Assembly: GCA_047495785.1 (NCBI GenBank)
Contig: JBLDXI010000009.1
Span: 3,596,001 to 3,660,000, forward strand
Source: Lepidodermella squamata
Lineage: Eukaryota; Animalia; Gastrotricha
Direction of reading: 5' to 3'
DNA: 64,000 bases
In this document: positions 36,605 to 50,580 of the stretch, in pieces
Layout of the letters: the number at the start of each line of letters is the position of its first letter
Position numbering within the stretch: position 1 is the stretch's first letter
The notes under the pieces: model-generated
What the model saw: the letters and a program-made list of their open reading frames with translations, nothing else
Told to the model about the DNA's origin: nothing
The model's database searches: none
Made by a program: the position numbers and the translations under genes

Positions 36605-39600
36605 ATGGCCGAGTTGCAAGTTACCGACGATGGACACTTGACAGTGGACACGAGCGAAGCGGGCGACAACCACCACACGCGGTCGCCGCGCTCGCTCGCC
36701 TCCCCCGGCGTCCAGTCGAGCACCAGCACGCGCAGCGCCGTGCAAATCCTCGAAACGGCCGAGGACATCCAGGCGCGACGTGAGCAGGTTCTCAACCGAT
36801 ACGCTGCCTTCAAGGAAGCCACGACGCGGCGTCGCATGATGCTCGAGGACGCCCGTCGCTACCAGTGCTTCCGCCGCGACGCCGATGAAATGAAAAATTG
36901 GATCTTGGAAAAGCTGAAAGTCGCGTCTGACGAAAGTTACAAAGACACGACTAACCTACAGACTAAAATCCAGAAACACCAGGCTTTCGAAGCCGAAGTG
37001 TTGGCGCATCGTGCCGCAGTTGACGAGCTAGACGTCCGCGGTAAGCAAATGATCCACGAAGGACATTACGCCGCCGACGTTATCAACCAGCGTCTCGATG
37101 AAATCCAGCAGTTGTGGATGCAGTTGTTGGACAGACTCCGCGAAAAGACCCTGCGTCTCCAAGAGGCCTTGGACTTAGTCCTTTTCGTCCGAGATTGCGA
37201 CGAATTACTGTTCTGGATCGCTGATAAAGAAAGCTACCTTAAAAGTTCTGATGCAAGTGTAGTCACTGGGGAGCCATCCACTGCCACCCAGGGCGATATC
37301 GATCATATGGAGGTTGTTCAGAAGAAATTTGAGGAATTCAAGAAGGAGTTGATGAATAACGAGTATCGTTTGGTGACGATTAACGAACGAGCTCAGCAGT
37401 TGTACGACCGCGGCCACCCTGAGGACGGGGCCATTCGGTCGAAACAGGACGAAGTCAATGCCGCCTGGCACCGTCTTCGCCACCAGAGTTCAGTGCGAGA
37501 ACAGCACCTACTCGGCGCGCACGAGGTGCATCAATTCAACCGAGATGTCTCGGAAACTTTGAGCTGGATGCGTGAGAAAGTTGCGCTGCTGGACGGCGAT
37601 GAGCTGGGCCAGGATATCGCCTCCGTCCAGACCCTGCAGCGTAAACACGACGGTCTCGAGCGTGATTTAGCCGCGATTCGGGAGACGGTTGCTCAACTAG
37701 AGCAGCAGGCTTCTCGACTGAAACTTGCCTCACCCGAAATGTCTGACCCGATCGAAGACAAACGTCGCCAGTTGGACGCTGGTTGGCAGGATTTGGAGAC
37801 GAAGGCCATCGATCGCCGTCATCGCTTGGAGCAGCAGTACCGTCTCATGCGTTTCACCGCCGATCATCGCGAATTGTCGGCCTGGTTGAATGAAATTCGC
37901 AACCAAATGTCGGCCGAGGACCTTGCCACGGATGTCGCTGGGGCTGAGGGTTTGAAGAAGCGCCATGTTGAGTTGAAGGCTGAGATGGATGCCCGTGAGG
38001 ATCAGTTCAAACAGCTTGAGGAGGATGGAACTCGCCTCGCTGAACTTGGCCATCCTAACTCGGCTGAAATTACGGCTATGTTGGCGCAATTGACCGCTGA
38101 CAAGCGCAATGTTATGGATATCTGGGCTGATAAAAAGTAAGCTCTCAAAATTTATGAAAATACTCAGAATGTCACATGAGATCCTAACTTTTCTGAATCC
38201 GCGCCAATTTTTGAAATTTTATGTCACTATATTATAATTTCTCTTGTTTTTTTCAGTCGCCAGTACGATGAATGCTTGGACTTGCAGTATTTCATCCGCG
38301 ATACCGAACAAGCCGAGGCTTTCCTCAACAAGCAGGAGGCCTTCCTTGCCGGCGAAGACATTGGCGATTCTCTGGATGCCGCTGAAGCTTTACTGAAAAA
38401 GCACACAGATTTCGAGAAATCACTTGCCGCCCAGGAGGAGAAATTCCGCCTCCTGTTCGAATACGGCCAGAAGCACATTGATAAGGGCAATTACGGCCTG
38501 GGTGAAATTCAGGACTTGCTGAGCGAGTTGATCCGACGTCGCCAGGCTCTGGCTGACAAGGCTGAAAACCGCAAGAAACGCCTGCAGGAATCGTATTATT
38601 TCCAGGTGTTTGAGCGTGATTGCGACGAAGCTCGCGGCTGGTTGAGCGAAAAACTGCGTCTGCTTGCCGACGACCCGATTCAAGACCGTCTGTCGAACCT
38701 TCAGACGAAAACGCAGCGTCAGCAGAATTTCGAGACTGAAATCGCGGCGAACCGCGCTCGTCTCGATGACGTTGAACAGCGTGGGCAGAAATTGATGGAT
38801 TCAGGCCATGCTTCGTTCACCGAAATCGACCAGCGCTTGAAGCAACTGCGCGAATTGTGGGACCGTCTCAGCCAGGCTGCTCAGACCCGTCGCGATCGTT
38901 TGCGTGAACTGGCCGAGGCCCAGGCGTTCTACCGAGCCGCTGAGGATCTCGAGTCTTGGCTCAACGACGTCGAGGCTCAGCTGCGCAGTGACGATACCGG
39001 CCGTGATTTGGGCGCGGTTCAGAATTTGGATAAGCGCAATCAGCTGTTGAAGTCCGACATCACGGCTCATGCTGACCGTGTTGAGGCTTTACTGGCGCAG
39101 GCTGGCACTTTCCGCGGCCAGGGCCACTACGATGCTGATGCTGCAACCCAGCGTGCAGAGCAGATCGCTCAACGCTATGGTAAATATTTATATCGATTTT
39201 TTTAAATTTTGTGTGAAAATTGTAAAAATTGAAAGAAACTGAAATAGCCGTTAATTCAATTGTTCAAGTCAAGGAAGATTTTCCCCTCAATTCTGAATAT
39301 TTGAAAAAATTTGATAAATGTATCAAATCCACCTTAATTTTTCTTTGCTTGTGACTGCCATTTTTTCACTAAATTCATCACATTTCAATTTGTTAAATTT
39401 TTACTATCGTTCAATTACTATTTCTTAATTTCTTTCATGAGTTATAAAATGTTACATTTTCTTTTCTTAGGAAATCTGAATGACCCATTGGCACGTCGCC
39501 AGCAGCGTCTTCACGACGGCATTCGCTATCACCAGCTGTGCCGCGATATCGAGGAGATGGAAGACTGGATCCGCGAGAAACTGCCGATCGCAACCAGCAC

Positions 39601-42600
39601 ATCCCTCGGCCGGGATTTGATTGGCGTTCAGAATTTGATCAAGAAGCACTCAGTCCTGATGCAGGAACTCGGGCAGCGCGAGCCCCGCAGCCTCGAGCTG
39701 ATGCAAGCCGGATCTGACCTTATCCTTGAGCAACACTTTGCCACTGCCGATATTCAGAAGCGCCTGAACTCGTTCAAGCAACTGTGGGAGTCGATCCGCG
39801 ATAGGGCTAAGGCTCGTGATGCTGAATTGGCCGATGCTGCCCAGAGCCATCAATACCTGGCCGATGCCGGGGAAGCCGAGGCCTGGATGTCGGAAAAGGA
39901 GCCGCTTGTTGTTTCAACCGATTACGGTCGTGATGAAGACAGCGCTGAGGCCCTGCTGAAGAAACACTCCGCCCTGATGGGTGATATCGAGTCATTCGGC
40001 GGAACTATTGCCACCCTGCGCCAACAGGCCGACGCCTGCCGTCGCAAGGAAGCCCCAGTCAATGAAGCCGCGAGTCGTCAATACGTCCAGGCTTTGTACG
40101 ACTACGCCGAGAAATCGCCGCGCGAAGTTTCCATGAAGAAGAATGACACGTTGATCCTCCTTAACGGATCGAACAAGGACTGGTGGAAGGTCGAAATCAA
40201 TGACCGCCAGGGTTTCGTACCCGCTGCTTATCTGCGCCGTCTTGATGCCGGCCCGACTGCCGGTCAACAGACCCAGCAACAGCCGTTGAGCGTCACGAAG
40301 CGCCAGGAACAAGTGGAGGCGCAATACGCGCGTCTTCTCGATGCCGGCAAGTTCCGCAAGGAGAAGCTGGCCGAGACTTGCCGCGGTTATGAAATGATCC
40401 GCCAGGCCACTGACATGGGCTCGTGGTTCGCTGAACGCCAGGAGCAACTCGCGACCACCTCAAGCGCTGCGTTGACTGAATCAGCGCCGACTGGTAGTCT
40501 CGAACAGGTCGAGCATCAGCAGAAGCATTTCGAAGATATGCAGAAGGAATTGGAGGCGAATCGCCAGAATTTAGATGAAATGGAGGCCCTATCTGCGAAA
40601 TTGGAGGCGATGGGCCAGCCGGAGGCGGCTCAGCGTATCCGTTTGCAAATGCAGCAGTTAAACACGTCTTGGAAGCAAGTCCAAGACGCCCTGAAGGAAC
40701 GTGCTTCAAAGCTGCAAAGCTCATTCGAAGTCCAGCGCTATCACCGTGATGCTGATGAAACCGAAGATTGGTATGTTTTTGTTTTTAATTTTTAATTTTT
40801 CTAAATTCAAGATGAATGATCTGTAGTTTACGGGATTTTTCAACATTTTACTTTTAATTAAGCTGGATTTTTATAAACTTTTCTCACTTTTTAGGATCCA
40901 CGAGAAGGAGCAAGCTTTGGCTTCGGACAACTATGGCCACGACTTGGTCAGTGTCCAGGCCCTGCGTCGTAAACACGATGGCGTTGAACGCGATCTGATC
41001 GCCCTGGAAGAGCGCGTCCGTGCCCTGGACAGCTCCGCCCAAGAACTGATCCGTCGCCACCCTGACCAGACTATGGCTATCTACGAGCACCAGACTCGTT
41101 TGAACGAGCGTTGGAACGCGTTGACTGACAAGGCTAACCTTCGCAAGGCCCGCCTGCTCGATTCGTTCGATTTGCAGCGTTTCCTGTCCGATTTCCGCGA
41201 CCTGCTATCGTGGATCAACTCGATGATGGCCCTTGTTTCGTCCGACGAGTTGGCTACTGATGTTACCAGCGCCGAAGCTTTGCTCGAGCGCCATCAGGTA
41301 TGTGACGGGGATAATTTCGGTTGAAAAAATTGGACCCGCAACATGCAAAAAATTATTATTTTCATTTTGATGCCATTTGATTGTTCACCTGCTTCATATT
41401 GTTTTATTGCAAAACCATCTAATTATTTATTGTGGGATTTTGCCGCAAATAATACGATTGGAACCACATCAATTTTATGTTTGCTTCTCCCAAACGCCGA
41501 ATTATTTGTTGTCGCCATTGATGATTGATTGTCATGCCATTTTGTCCACCTCGAAAGTTGTTTCACGGTGAATTCGCTAGCCGCTATAACATCGTTTACG
41601 AACCCAACCGCGGCCAGGATGAGGTTGAATTGTGTGCTGTATAACTGCGAGATTTTGAAGTGAAACACTAAGATTTTGAGCATGGCAAATATTAACAATA
41701 TTTTTGACAAATATTTCAGTTTGATACTCAATTTGATACTCTAACTCACACGGTATTCAATTTCTCTCAAATTTACGCACTACCTCCTTGATTGAACAGA
41801 AACAGCACCAAAACATTTCCTGCCAGATGATCAATAATACATAAATAGACCAGACCAAAATTCTAGATAGCTGACTTGCGCGCATGATTTGTGGTTGTGT
41901 AAAGCATGGTGTTATTTTGAATGAATCATCGCATTTTTACCTGAAACTAATATTTGCCGATTATTTTTTCCAGGAACATCGTGTCGAAATCGATGCTCGT
42001 TCCGGAACTTTTGAGACCTTTGAAGTTTTCGGCCAGCAACTGCTTGAGGCGCGCCATTACGCCAGCGATGAAGTCCAGCAGCGTATGGAGGAGCTGCGCG
42101 AAGCTCGTCTGCTGCTCGAGCAGCGCTGGATGGACCGCCGTCTTAAGCTGGATCAGTGCCTTGAACTGCAAGTGTTCAACCGCGAGTGCGAGCAGGCCGA
42201 GGCGTGGATGGCTGCCCGTGAGCAGTTTTTGGAGGCCGCTCAATCGCAGCAGCAAGGCAGTGGAGTCGAGGCTTTGATCAAGAAGCACGAAGATCTCGAC
42301 CGTGCTATTTCTTCTCAGGAGGAGAAGATTCAAACCGTCGCGAAAACTGCGGATGAATTGATTGCCCAGCAGCACTATGACGCGCCGGGCATTGCCAACC
42401 GCAAGAACCAGGTCCTTAGCCGTTGGGACCGGTTGAAGGCTGAGTTGGTCAAGTACCGCGCCAAGTTGAACGAGGCCAAGGACTTGCAGGGTGTCCTTCA
42501 GGATATTGAAACTTTCGAAATCTGGATGACGGAAATGCTGCGCCGCGCTGGCGAGGAGCAACTGAAGGACCCGAATGCTAATGTCCAGGCCAAGTACCAG

Positions 42601-45600
42601 AAGCACCAGGTTCGTTTCTTAGGAAAAATAAAATCCGACAACTTCTAAACTTATTTGAGCGATTTTCAAAATTTGAAATTTTTTTCATTAAGGTGGAGTT
42701 TTTTCTGAATTTCGAGTTTTATATGTTATGCGATATCTTTGAAACTCGCTCAAAAATTTACTGTGAGCCTATTTGAAAGCCGATCCGAATTCGGTAATTA
42801 CCTGTTTCGGGTTGGTTACACCTAGGCCGATATTATCATGGTTCCTCGTTAACCCTAATTGCTTATGAATTCTATTTTTTCGCAATTTTCTATGAGGAAA
42901 TACATTTTTATTGTATTATCAATAGGTATTCGAGGCTGAAATCGCTGCGAATGCCGAGCGTCTGAAGCATATTTTGAACGCTGGGCAAGGCTTGATTGAC
43001 GACGGCCACTGCGGAGGCCACGAAGGCGCCCTCGGCGAGAAGTTGGAGGCCCTCCACAAACAATGGGACCAACTCACGACCCGTTCTGCCGACGTTGGAA
43101 GCCGCGTTACCGCCGCCATCAAGCAACAAATGTACAACGCCGGCGCTAAGGATCTTGAATTCTGGCTATCGGAGATGGAACAACTCGTTCAAAGCGATGA
43201 TTACGGCAAAGATTTGTCGAGCGTGCAGAACCTGGTGAAGAAGCACCAGTTGCTCGATGCTGATATCGCAGCTCATGAGGAGCGTATCCGCGACTTGGGC
43301 TCCCATGCTGAGGCGGCGGTTGACCCGGCTGAGGCCAGGGCAAAACACGCTCAGTTATTGGCCCGTTACGTCCAGGTTAAGGATCTGGCTTCAAAGCGAT
43401 CGGACCGTCTTAAGGAGGCACTCGCCCTTCACCAATTTATGCGTGACATTGAGGATGAAGAGGCCTGGATCAAGGAGAAGAAGTTGCTGCTTCAATCGCA
43501 GGATTACGGCCGCGATTTGACATCTGTTCAGAACCTGCAGAAGAAACACGGCCGTCTCGAAACGGATTTGACCAGCCACGAACCGGCTGTTGGCGCTGTT
43601 TTGCGAGACGGTGAACGTCTGGCTGAGTCATCAGCCGGCGGTCCTGAGGCTCAGCTCCTCCACGGCCGTCTTGACTCGCTCCGCACCAACTGGAATGAAC
43701 TTCGTGACTTGGCGAACGGACGCGGCCAGCGGTTGCGCGAGGCCCTTGCCTATCAGGAATGGGCGGCTGAGCTGGAGGAGGAGGCTGCGTGGGTTGCTGA
43801 GAAGCAGCACCTGCTATCGGCCACCGATGCCGGCGATAGTTTGGCTGCGGTCCAGGGTCTATTGAAGAAGCATGATGCGTTCGAAGCCGAGTTGGCTGTT
43901 CGTCAAGACCGTTTTGGCGAATTGCGTGGTCGCGCTGATGCTTTGATCAATGACGGCAATTTCAACGCTGATCTTGTCCGCCATCAGGTTTGTCAAATTA
44001 TCACTCAATATCAAAACTAAAAAGGTCTATCTTCCTAAGGTTATTAGATCTAATTCCCATATTTTGAAATTTTAAGAATTTTAACTTGAAAATCCTGATA
44101 TTTCAAGGCTTTAAAATATATTTTTATTAAGCTGGAATAAGTGAGAATTTAAATTTATTTTTCGATAAGTTTTAAATAATAAATTCATTGTTCATTTCTA
44201 ACAGGTTGAACGCCTCCATGATTCATTGGCCGCTCTGCAACTGGCGGCGGAGAAGCGCAAACGCGGGCTGCTCGACCAGTCGGCCTACATGCAATTTATG
44301 TGGAAAACCGACGTCGTCGAGTCGTGGATCGACGAGCGCGAGGCGGCGCTCAAGAGCGACGACTACGGCCGCGATTTGGGCGGCGTGCAGACGCTGCTCA
44401 CAAAGCAAGACACCTTCGACGCCGGCCTTCGGGCCTTCGAGAAGGAAGGCATCGCCGTTATCGCCGAATTGCGTGAACAACTGGTCAACAGTCAAACGCA
44501 GGGCACGCAGCAAGCCGCCGCGATTGACAAGCGTTTCGAGGCGGTTCTAGCGAAATGGCGCCGTTTGTTGGCGTCGGCTGAGCAGCGGCGCCAGCGTCTT
44601 CTTCGCCTGCAGGATCAGTACCGTAAGTTGGACGAGCTGTTCCTGACATTTGCGAAGAAGGCGTCTGCGTTCAATTCGTGGTTCGAAAACGCCGAGGAAG
44701 ATCTTACCGACCCGGTGCGATGCAATTCAGTCGAGGAAATTCGCGCCCTTATCGAGGCCCACGAGCAATTCAAGGCCTCGCTGAGCGACGCGCAGGCCGA
44801 TTTCGATCAACTCGGCGTCCTCGACAAGCAGATCAAGTCGTTCCAGGCCGGGCCGAACCCGTACACGTGGTTCACGATGGAAACCCTCGCCGAGACGTGG
44901 TCGAACTTGCAGAAGATTATTCGTGATCGTGATGCTGAGTTGGCGGCTGAAATGGGTCGCCAGGAGGAGAACGACTGGCTGCGGCGTGACTTTGCGCAGA
45001 ATGCCAACGGTATGCACCGGTGGTTGGCGGACACGCGCGCGGCGATGATGGACTCGACAGGCAGCCTCGAAGAGCAGCTCGCGTTTATCCAGGGCAAGGC
45101 GAACGAGCTGCAGCAACAGCGCCAGAAACTTCGCCGAATCGAAGAACTCGCGGCGCGCCTCGAAGAACGCCTCATCCTCGACAACAGGTACGAATAAAAT
45201 ACCATCTATACTAGTTTCAGGGTCAAATGGAATATATTTTTAATTTTTTTAAATATTCGTTCTTACGGTTCTTAAACATGCAAAAACTGGAAAGAATTTG
45301 GAAATTCCCAACGGTTTTGCAAGGGAGCATTTTAGTTGGGCGCTAGTTGCATTGGTTGTATAGGATTATATAGGATAGGCTATATAGGATTACTTTTCAT
45401 GGAATTTTTAATAGAATTTTAAGGTGGAACTTTTTTCCCAATTTTTCCAATTTTTTTTCGATATTTCAGTTTAATTTTCATTTTTAAAGTTGAAAAGCTC
45501 CTTAAATTTTGTTTTAATTGATTTCTATGATAATTTGTGATTAAATGTTTTCAGGTATACCGAGCATTCGGCCCTGTCCCTCGCGCAACAATGGGATCAG

Positions 45601-46191
45601 CTGAACCAGCTGGCCATGCGCCTTCGCCACAACCTCGAACAACAAATCCAGGCCCGCAAGCAGAGCGGCGTGACGGACGACTCGCTCAAGGAGTACATGA
45701 TGATGTTCCGCTACTTCGACAAGGAGAAGACGGGCCGTCTCTCGCACGCGCACTTCAAGTCGTGTCTGCAGGCGCTCGGCATCGACCTGCCCGTCGCCGA
45801 CACGGACCCCGAGTTCCAGCGCATCCTCGACCGCGTCGACCCGAACCGCGACGGCTACGTCTCGGTGCAGGACTACATGGCCTTCCTCATCTCGTATGAA
45901 ACCGAGAACGTGCAGTCCATCACCGAAATCGAACAGGCCTTCCGGGCTTTAACCGGAGACGGCGAAAAGCCGTACATCACCCGCCAAGAACTTGCGGTAA
46001 GCTTATTTTGCGATATTTTAAGGAGGAATTTTATTGAATTTAAAAAAAAATTTTAGGCCTCGCTCTCGCCCGAACTCACAGAATATTGCGTGCGGCATAT
46101 GAAGCCGTACGTGAATCCGTCTAACAACTTCGCAATTCAAGACGCGTACGACTATACCGAGTTCACCAAACGCCTGTTCGCCACTGCCTAG
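36605..46191 (+). CDS. SPTAN1: Alpha-spectrin (non-erythroid), ~2471 aa; exons 36605-38136, 38257-39179, 39471-40770, 40895-41297, 41974-42609, 42926-43987, 44205-45187, 45555-45996, 46057-46191
   Basis: [15 protein letters not shown] start, serial spectrin repeats, SH3 ([17 protein letters not shown]...[18 protein letters not shown]), [19 protein letters not shown]-terminal EF-hands; exon phases sum in frame. Confidence 0.97.
42764..42908 (+). repeat. ~150-bp dispersed repeat, copy 2 (spectrin intron 5)
   Basis: Direct copy of 36068-36218. Confidence 0.9.
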
Positions 46192-47773
46192 GCCTCGTCT
46201 ATTACTACTTCTTTTTCTTCTATAATAATTACTACCTTAAAATCCGCCGTCGGTCGTTGAGATGAACACTAATAATATTAAATTCTAGCCATAAATGATA
46301 ATTGAGAAAATGGATGTAATAAAGTTTATGCTTGTTAGCTATGAATTCTGAGCGCTACGCCCTTTTTGTGACATGATGGTCTTCGTTTTTTCTCTGTCAA
46401 TTTTTGATTTCTCGTTTTCAAAAGCGCGCTTCTTTACTACAAGTGGTTTGACGTGCTCCCACATTCATACACACTGCCTTTTATTAGGATAATCGATTGT
46501 TGAGTGTAACGAGATAACCTTTAGCTGCCTCACCTTTTAAGATGGAATACAACCGACCCTTGCCGCAATTTTGACCGTGACTGTTGCCACGCTTTTTCTT
46601 CTCGCTTGTCATCATTATAATTATTCTATGGTGCTTAGGGTGCCTATCCTCTACGATTGTCCTTTACTCCCGTATTTATGCCGTTTTTTGCTGCTTGCTA
46701 TTATGGGATAAGTTGAACTTTCGCAACTGGGACACGAGTTGAAAATTTTCGATTTGCAAAATTACACGTGCAAAATCTTCAACTGCCAACATCCGCGAAT
46801 TTTCCTCTCAATAAAACACACCGCCTTAAATAAATTAACGCACTCAAATTTACCTGTTTCTCTCAACTAATGACTAATCTTTGTGCTATTAAGCAAAAAT
46901 TATATCTTGCCTAGGCTAAAATTATTCCATTCATGGAAATCAAAATTCACGATATATGATAAAACCCGGGTTTTTTGAAAACTCGTCATTTGACACGCGC
47001 TTCAAACTGAAAATCTAGTACTTGTTGTTTTACATACGATACATTTATGGCAAATTATATTGATAAAAAACCAGTCAAAAATTGAAATTCGGTTCATTCT
47101 ACGTTAGCTTCTTACTGCGACTGCGGCTCACTTATTTCAATCTTATAATCGCTAATTTAAAAATTCCTTCATATTATAGCTACTAAGCCTCGGGATGTCA
47201 TCATACGTTTCTTTGCTTTTTCGTTCGATGAGAATAGTCATGAAAGCTGCGCATTTCTTATTTCAGTATGTATGGTGAGAATGACTGAATGAAACTTTGT
47301 TGCTTGAGAGAATGCGCGTCTGTGTCACCTTATTAAATGCGTCCGATGTTAACAACATTGATCATATCAATTGCACGTGTTCATTGTCTATATAGTATAA
47401 AAAAGGAAAAAACAATAATTATTTGTAGTGCAAACTATACGCGAAATAAACTTTATTACTTGAAACATTTTCCCTGGATTTTTACTGACATTTTCCGATG
47501 AAAGAGTAGCGGTGGTGAAGAAGCTTTTGCAGCTGAAAATTGAAATCGAAAATGAAGCTTTTTTACGTTCGATCTCCCGCGAGTTGAACGCCGATGAAGT
47601 CTTGAATGAAGCTAAATATGGAAAAACGAATCTTTCGATTTCATTCTTTAAATTCGAAAGCCTGATCAACTGATTTTACAGTATCCGGAACCGAAGAACA
47701 AAGCAGAAAGCAACAAAATACCAAAATAGATTACTGAATTTAACTGTTTTTTTAAAGTTTTCATGCGGAAATT

Positions 47774-48466
47774 CTATCCAAAATTCACATCACAGCAGTT
47801 CTTTGAGCCAAAACCTTGTTGGTTTGGCGGACCGTTTTGCATATTCATCACATTCCGAAGTGGAGGAGTTTGCTCAGGTAGCATTTTGAGGTCCTTCTGT
47901 TGCGCTGCAGAGGGAACTTGTGTTCCCGATGACACTGAGCCGTACTTTATCGGCTCTGATTGCCGATTCGACCGAACGATGGCGCATACTGCGCAGATAA
48001 CAAGCACTGCTCCCAAATAGCTGATGATAGACAAAATAATGGCACGCCGATAACGAACACGCATCGGGTACTCGCGTATCATTTGCTCGCTGGCACCGTT
48101 TATGATGGCTCTTTCTGGTTCCACTTTATCATTCGTAGGTTGTTTCCATCCGAAGTAAACTGCTGGAATTGCAATGAAAAGAAACCCGGTGAAAATGGAT
48201 AGAACCGACATTGCCCTAGCGCAGTTCTGCATATTTGCAAAGGAACATAGCCATAACGATTTGCCACAGCATGGATCCGCGTTTAACCCGCCCTGGTCGA
48301 TTCGCAAATTCGAGACCTCGCCACAGCCTTCAGAATTATTGCCTAAATTCCGCGAGGAGCTTGGCGAAGCTGAAGCCACCTCTTTGTAAGGTGGTGGTGG
48401 TGGTGACTGATAGGGAGGTAGTGGGTCAGGCTCTGCGGCCATTCTCAATTTCTCGCTAGCTAACAT
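47774..48466 (-). CDS. Uncharacterised two-TM membrane protein with N-terminal LPPY/PPPY motifs
   Basis: 230-aa ORF with LPPYQSPPPPPY, a Cys-rich juxtamembrane segment and two hydrophobic helices (LSIFTGFLFIAIPAVYF; AIILSIISYLGAVLVICAVCAIV). Confidence 0.65.
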   Translation of the reverse strand: MLASEKLRMAAEPDPLPPYQSPPPPPYKEVASASPSSSRNLGNNSEGCGEVSNLRIDQGGLNADPCCGKSLWLCSFANMQNCARAMSVLSIFTGFLFIAIPAVYFGWKQPTNDKVEPERAIINGASEQMIREYPMRVRYRRAIILSIISYLGAVLVICAVCAIVRSNRQSEPIKYGSVSSGTQVPSAAQQKDLKMLPEQTPPLRNVMNMQNGPPNQQGFGSKNCCDVNFG

Positions 48467-48737
48467 GCTTTCGGTATTTACGCGAATTCGTTAGATCTAA
48501 GCCCAGACATAATGCGCAATGACAGAATATGCGTAATTTATTCTGGATGGGTCATTTGCCCATTTTTAACGGATGTTTACTAGGTATTTACGTAGTTATT
48601 GATTGGTTCAGCTATTGGTAGTTAAATTATTCACGCCAGTTCAAAAATGCAAAAATAATCGATCTACCAAGTAAACATCTCCCGTTCAATAATGTTCAAC
48701 TTTTTATTTGATATTCGAGCACCGGTTATCAAGAAAT

Positions 48738-49266
48738 TCACGAGCCCCGCTCTTCTAGTTTAACATTTAACATGATTGACGATTCGAAAGGAACAAAAAT
48801 AGCAACAAATACCATAAACTGTGACAAAATGTTGAGTAGTTTATGCCGAAGTTTCAGAGTTGTCCCAACTTGAGTCCTTGAGTTGTCGCAGCAACTCGTT
48901 ATGCCGAGACTGTTGTTAGTAGCTATGCCGCTTGGTTTATTCATCTTCATAATCTATGGTGGACCAGTTTACCCAAACAGCGAAGAAGAGCAGTGCGGAA
49001 AAGGAAGACAAAGCCAGCGCTATTCTAGCACAGCTGTGCAGGTTTTCCAAGTGCCGCAGCAATAACGAATTTTTGCTGTCTTCAATTTGTAACGCCTCCA
49101 CGTCTCGCCGATGCGAAGCTCGACCGCAACCGCAGAGACTTTTATTTTGATTTCGTGAGGGGCATGCCGAAGCTGAAGCCACTTTTATTATGTAATGTGG
49201 TGGCGGCAGTAAGGGATAGGGAGGCAGGGAACCCAACTCTGAGGCCGTTATCTCGCCGGCCACCAT
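48738..49266 (-). pseudogene. Truncated/frameshifted paralog of 47774-48466
   Basis: LPPYPLLPPPHYIIKVASASACPSRN matches LPPYQSPPPPPYKEVASASPSSSRN. Stop after first TM (48937); a second hydrophobic segment continues in another frame. Confidence 0.55.
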
Positions 49267-50580
49267 GCTTAGGGTTGACGAAAATGTTTGCTGCGTTTTA
49301 TATTGTTATTTGCATATAAAAGTGCAAAGTGAGAGCTTCAGACAGTTTTTTTGAAGACCCAGCCAAACTGTCTGGTATTATAATATTGATCAAACGTCCA
49401 CCAGGGTGTTTTGGCAAAATTGCCTGGAATAATTGATGAATAGTCCAAAAATATCTCAGCTGTGGCAACGCGTTAGCATGTTTTGGCGCATGTGATCGAA
49501 ATTGGGCTTTCTTTGTTCAATGGCTGTTCATCTCTATTCCAGGTAAAGCAAAAATGCGTATCTATAGCCACAGAATTAGAAGCCATTATGATTCAGAAAC
49601 ATCAGCCACCTAAAATGTACTTGACGGTTGCTGATGAATTTTAGGGGCAGAGCTTTAGTGGTATTTCAAGGTAAACTCATCATTCATCTGCGTTTGAATT
49701 GTGCAAATTAACAACAAAAAGCAGTAATTTTTATCATATAACTTTCAGCCTTCTTGTATGGCGGAATTGAGGCTCAGCGCGTGTCCCAACTTGAGTCTTG
49801 GCCTCATGTCTTTTGTTAGCTAGCCTGTCTAGAAACACTGGGGCAAAACGGAACGAAGCAGCGAATGGCACTTGCTCGAGAGAAGAAGGAATCTCATTTC
49901 TCGAAATTTCCCTATTTGTCCTAAAATTTACCTAGATCGCGTATTCCACTATTTGTTTCATTTTGTTAGTTCATTACACTCGATGATTCTCGGCTAAAAA
50001 ACCTAGATATGCTATGAGCTTTGTAACTTTAGTTTCATCTTCAATTGAAGCTAATTAAATGTCGAGTGCATTATGAATAAAAGATACCTTAAATCTTGAA
50101 TTCAACGAGTACTTGAAGCAATTGATTCGCACTGGTGGAAATGGATGCGCCCGTGAAATGGCTCCAGATAACAAATATGAAATAATACTCGTAGAATATA
50201 CATGTTACAAGCCTTGTATCAAGCGCAGCTTATCGCTGTCTAATTAAGATACCTGAGTTGCCAAACGGCAGCTAATTAACCGCCAACGCGCGCCTTGTAC
50301 CTGGATGTATGAATATCTTTTTATGACGACGATATTTTTACGAATTTTTCGAAAAAATAATAAAACAATGAAATAGCGTGCGCACGGAGGTGTGGGGCTT
50401 TTATTTAGACGAACTAGCCTTTTGTTCAATAAACAACCAACATATGACAGCCGTGTTATTTTGTTGCAATCGGCGCATCATCATCGCCACCGCGGCAAAG
50501 CCCGTGTTGCTGTTGCTGCTGCTCTCTTCTCGGCGCGACGCATTAGACGCAGTTTATTTACAAGTAGTCATCGAAAACTC

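Noticed and set aside
36592-45753. Many 60-220-aa antisense and alternate-frame ORFs over spectrin (and likewise over CLASP)
   Set aside because: Shadow ORFs from GC-rich codon bias of the real gene; no motifs.
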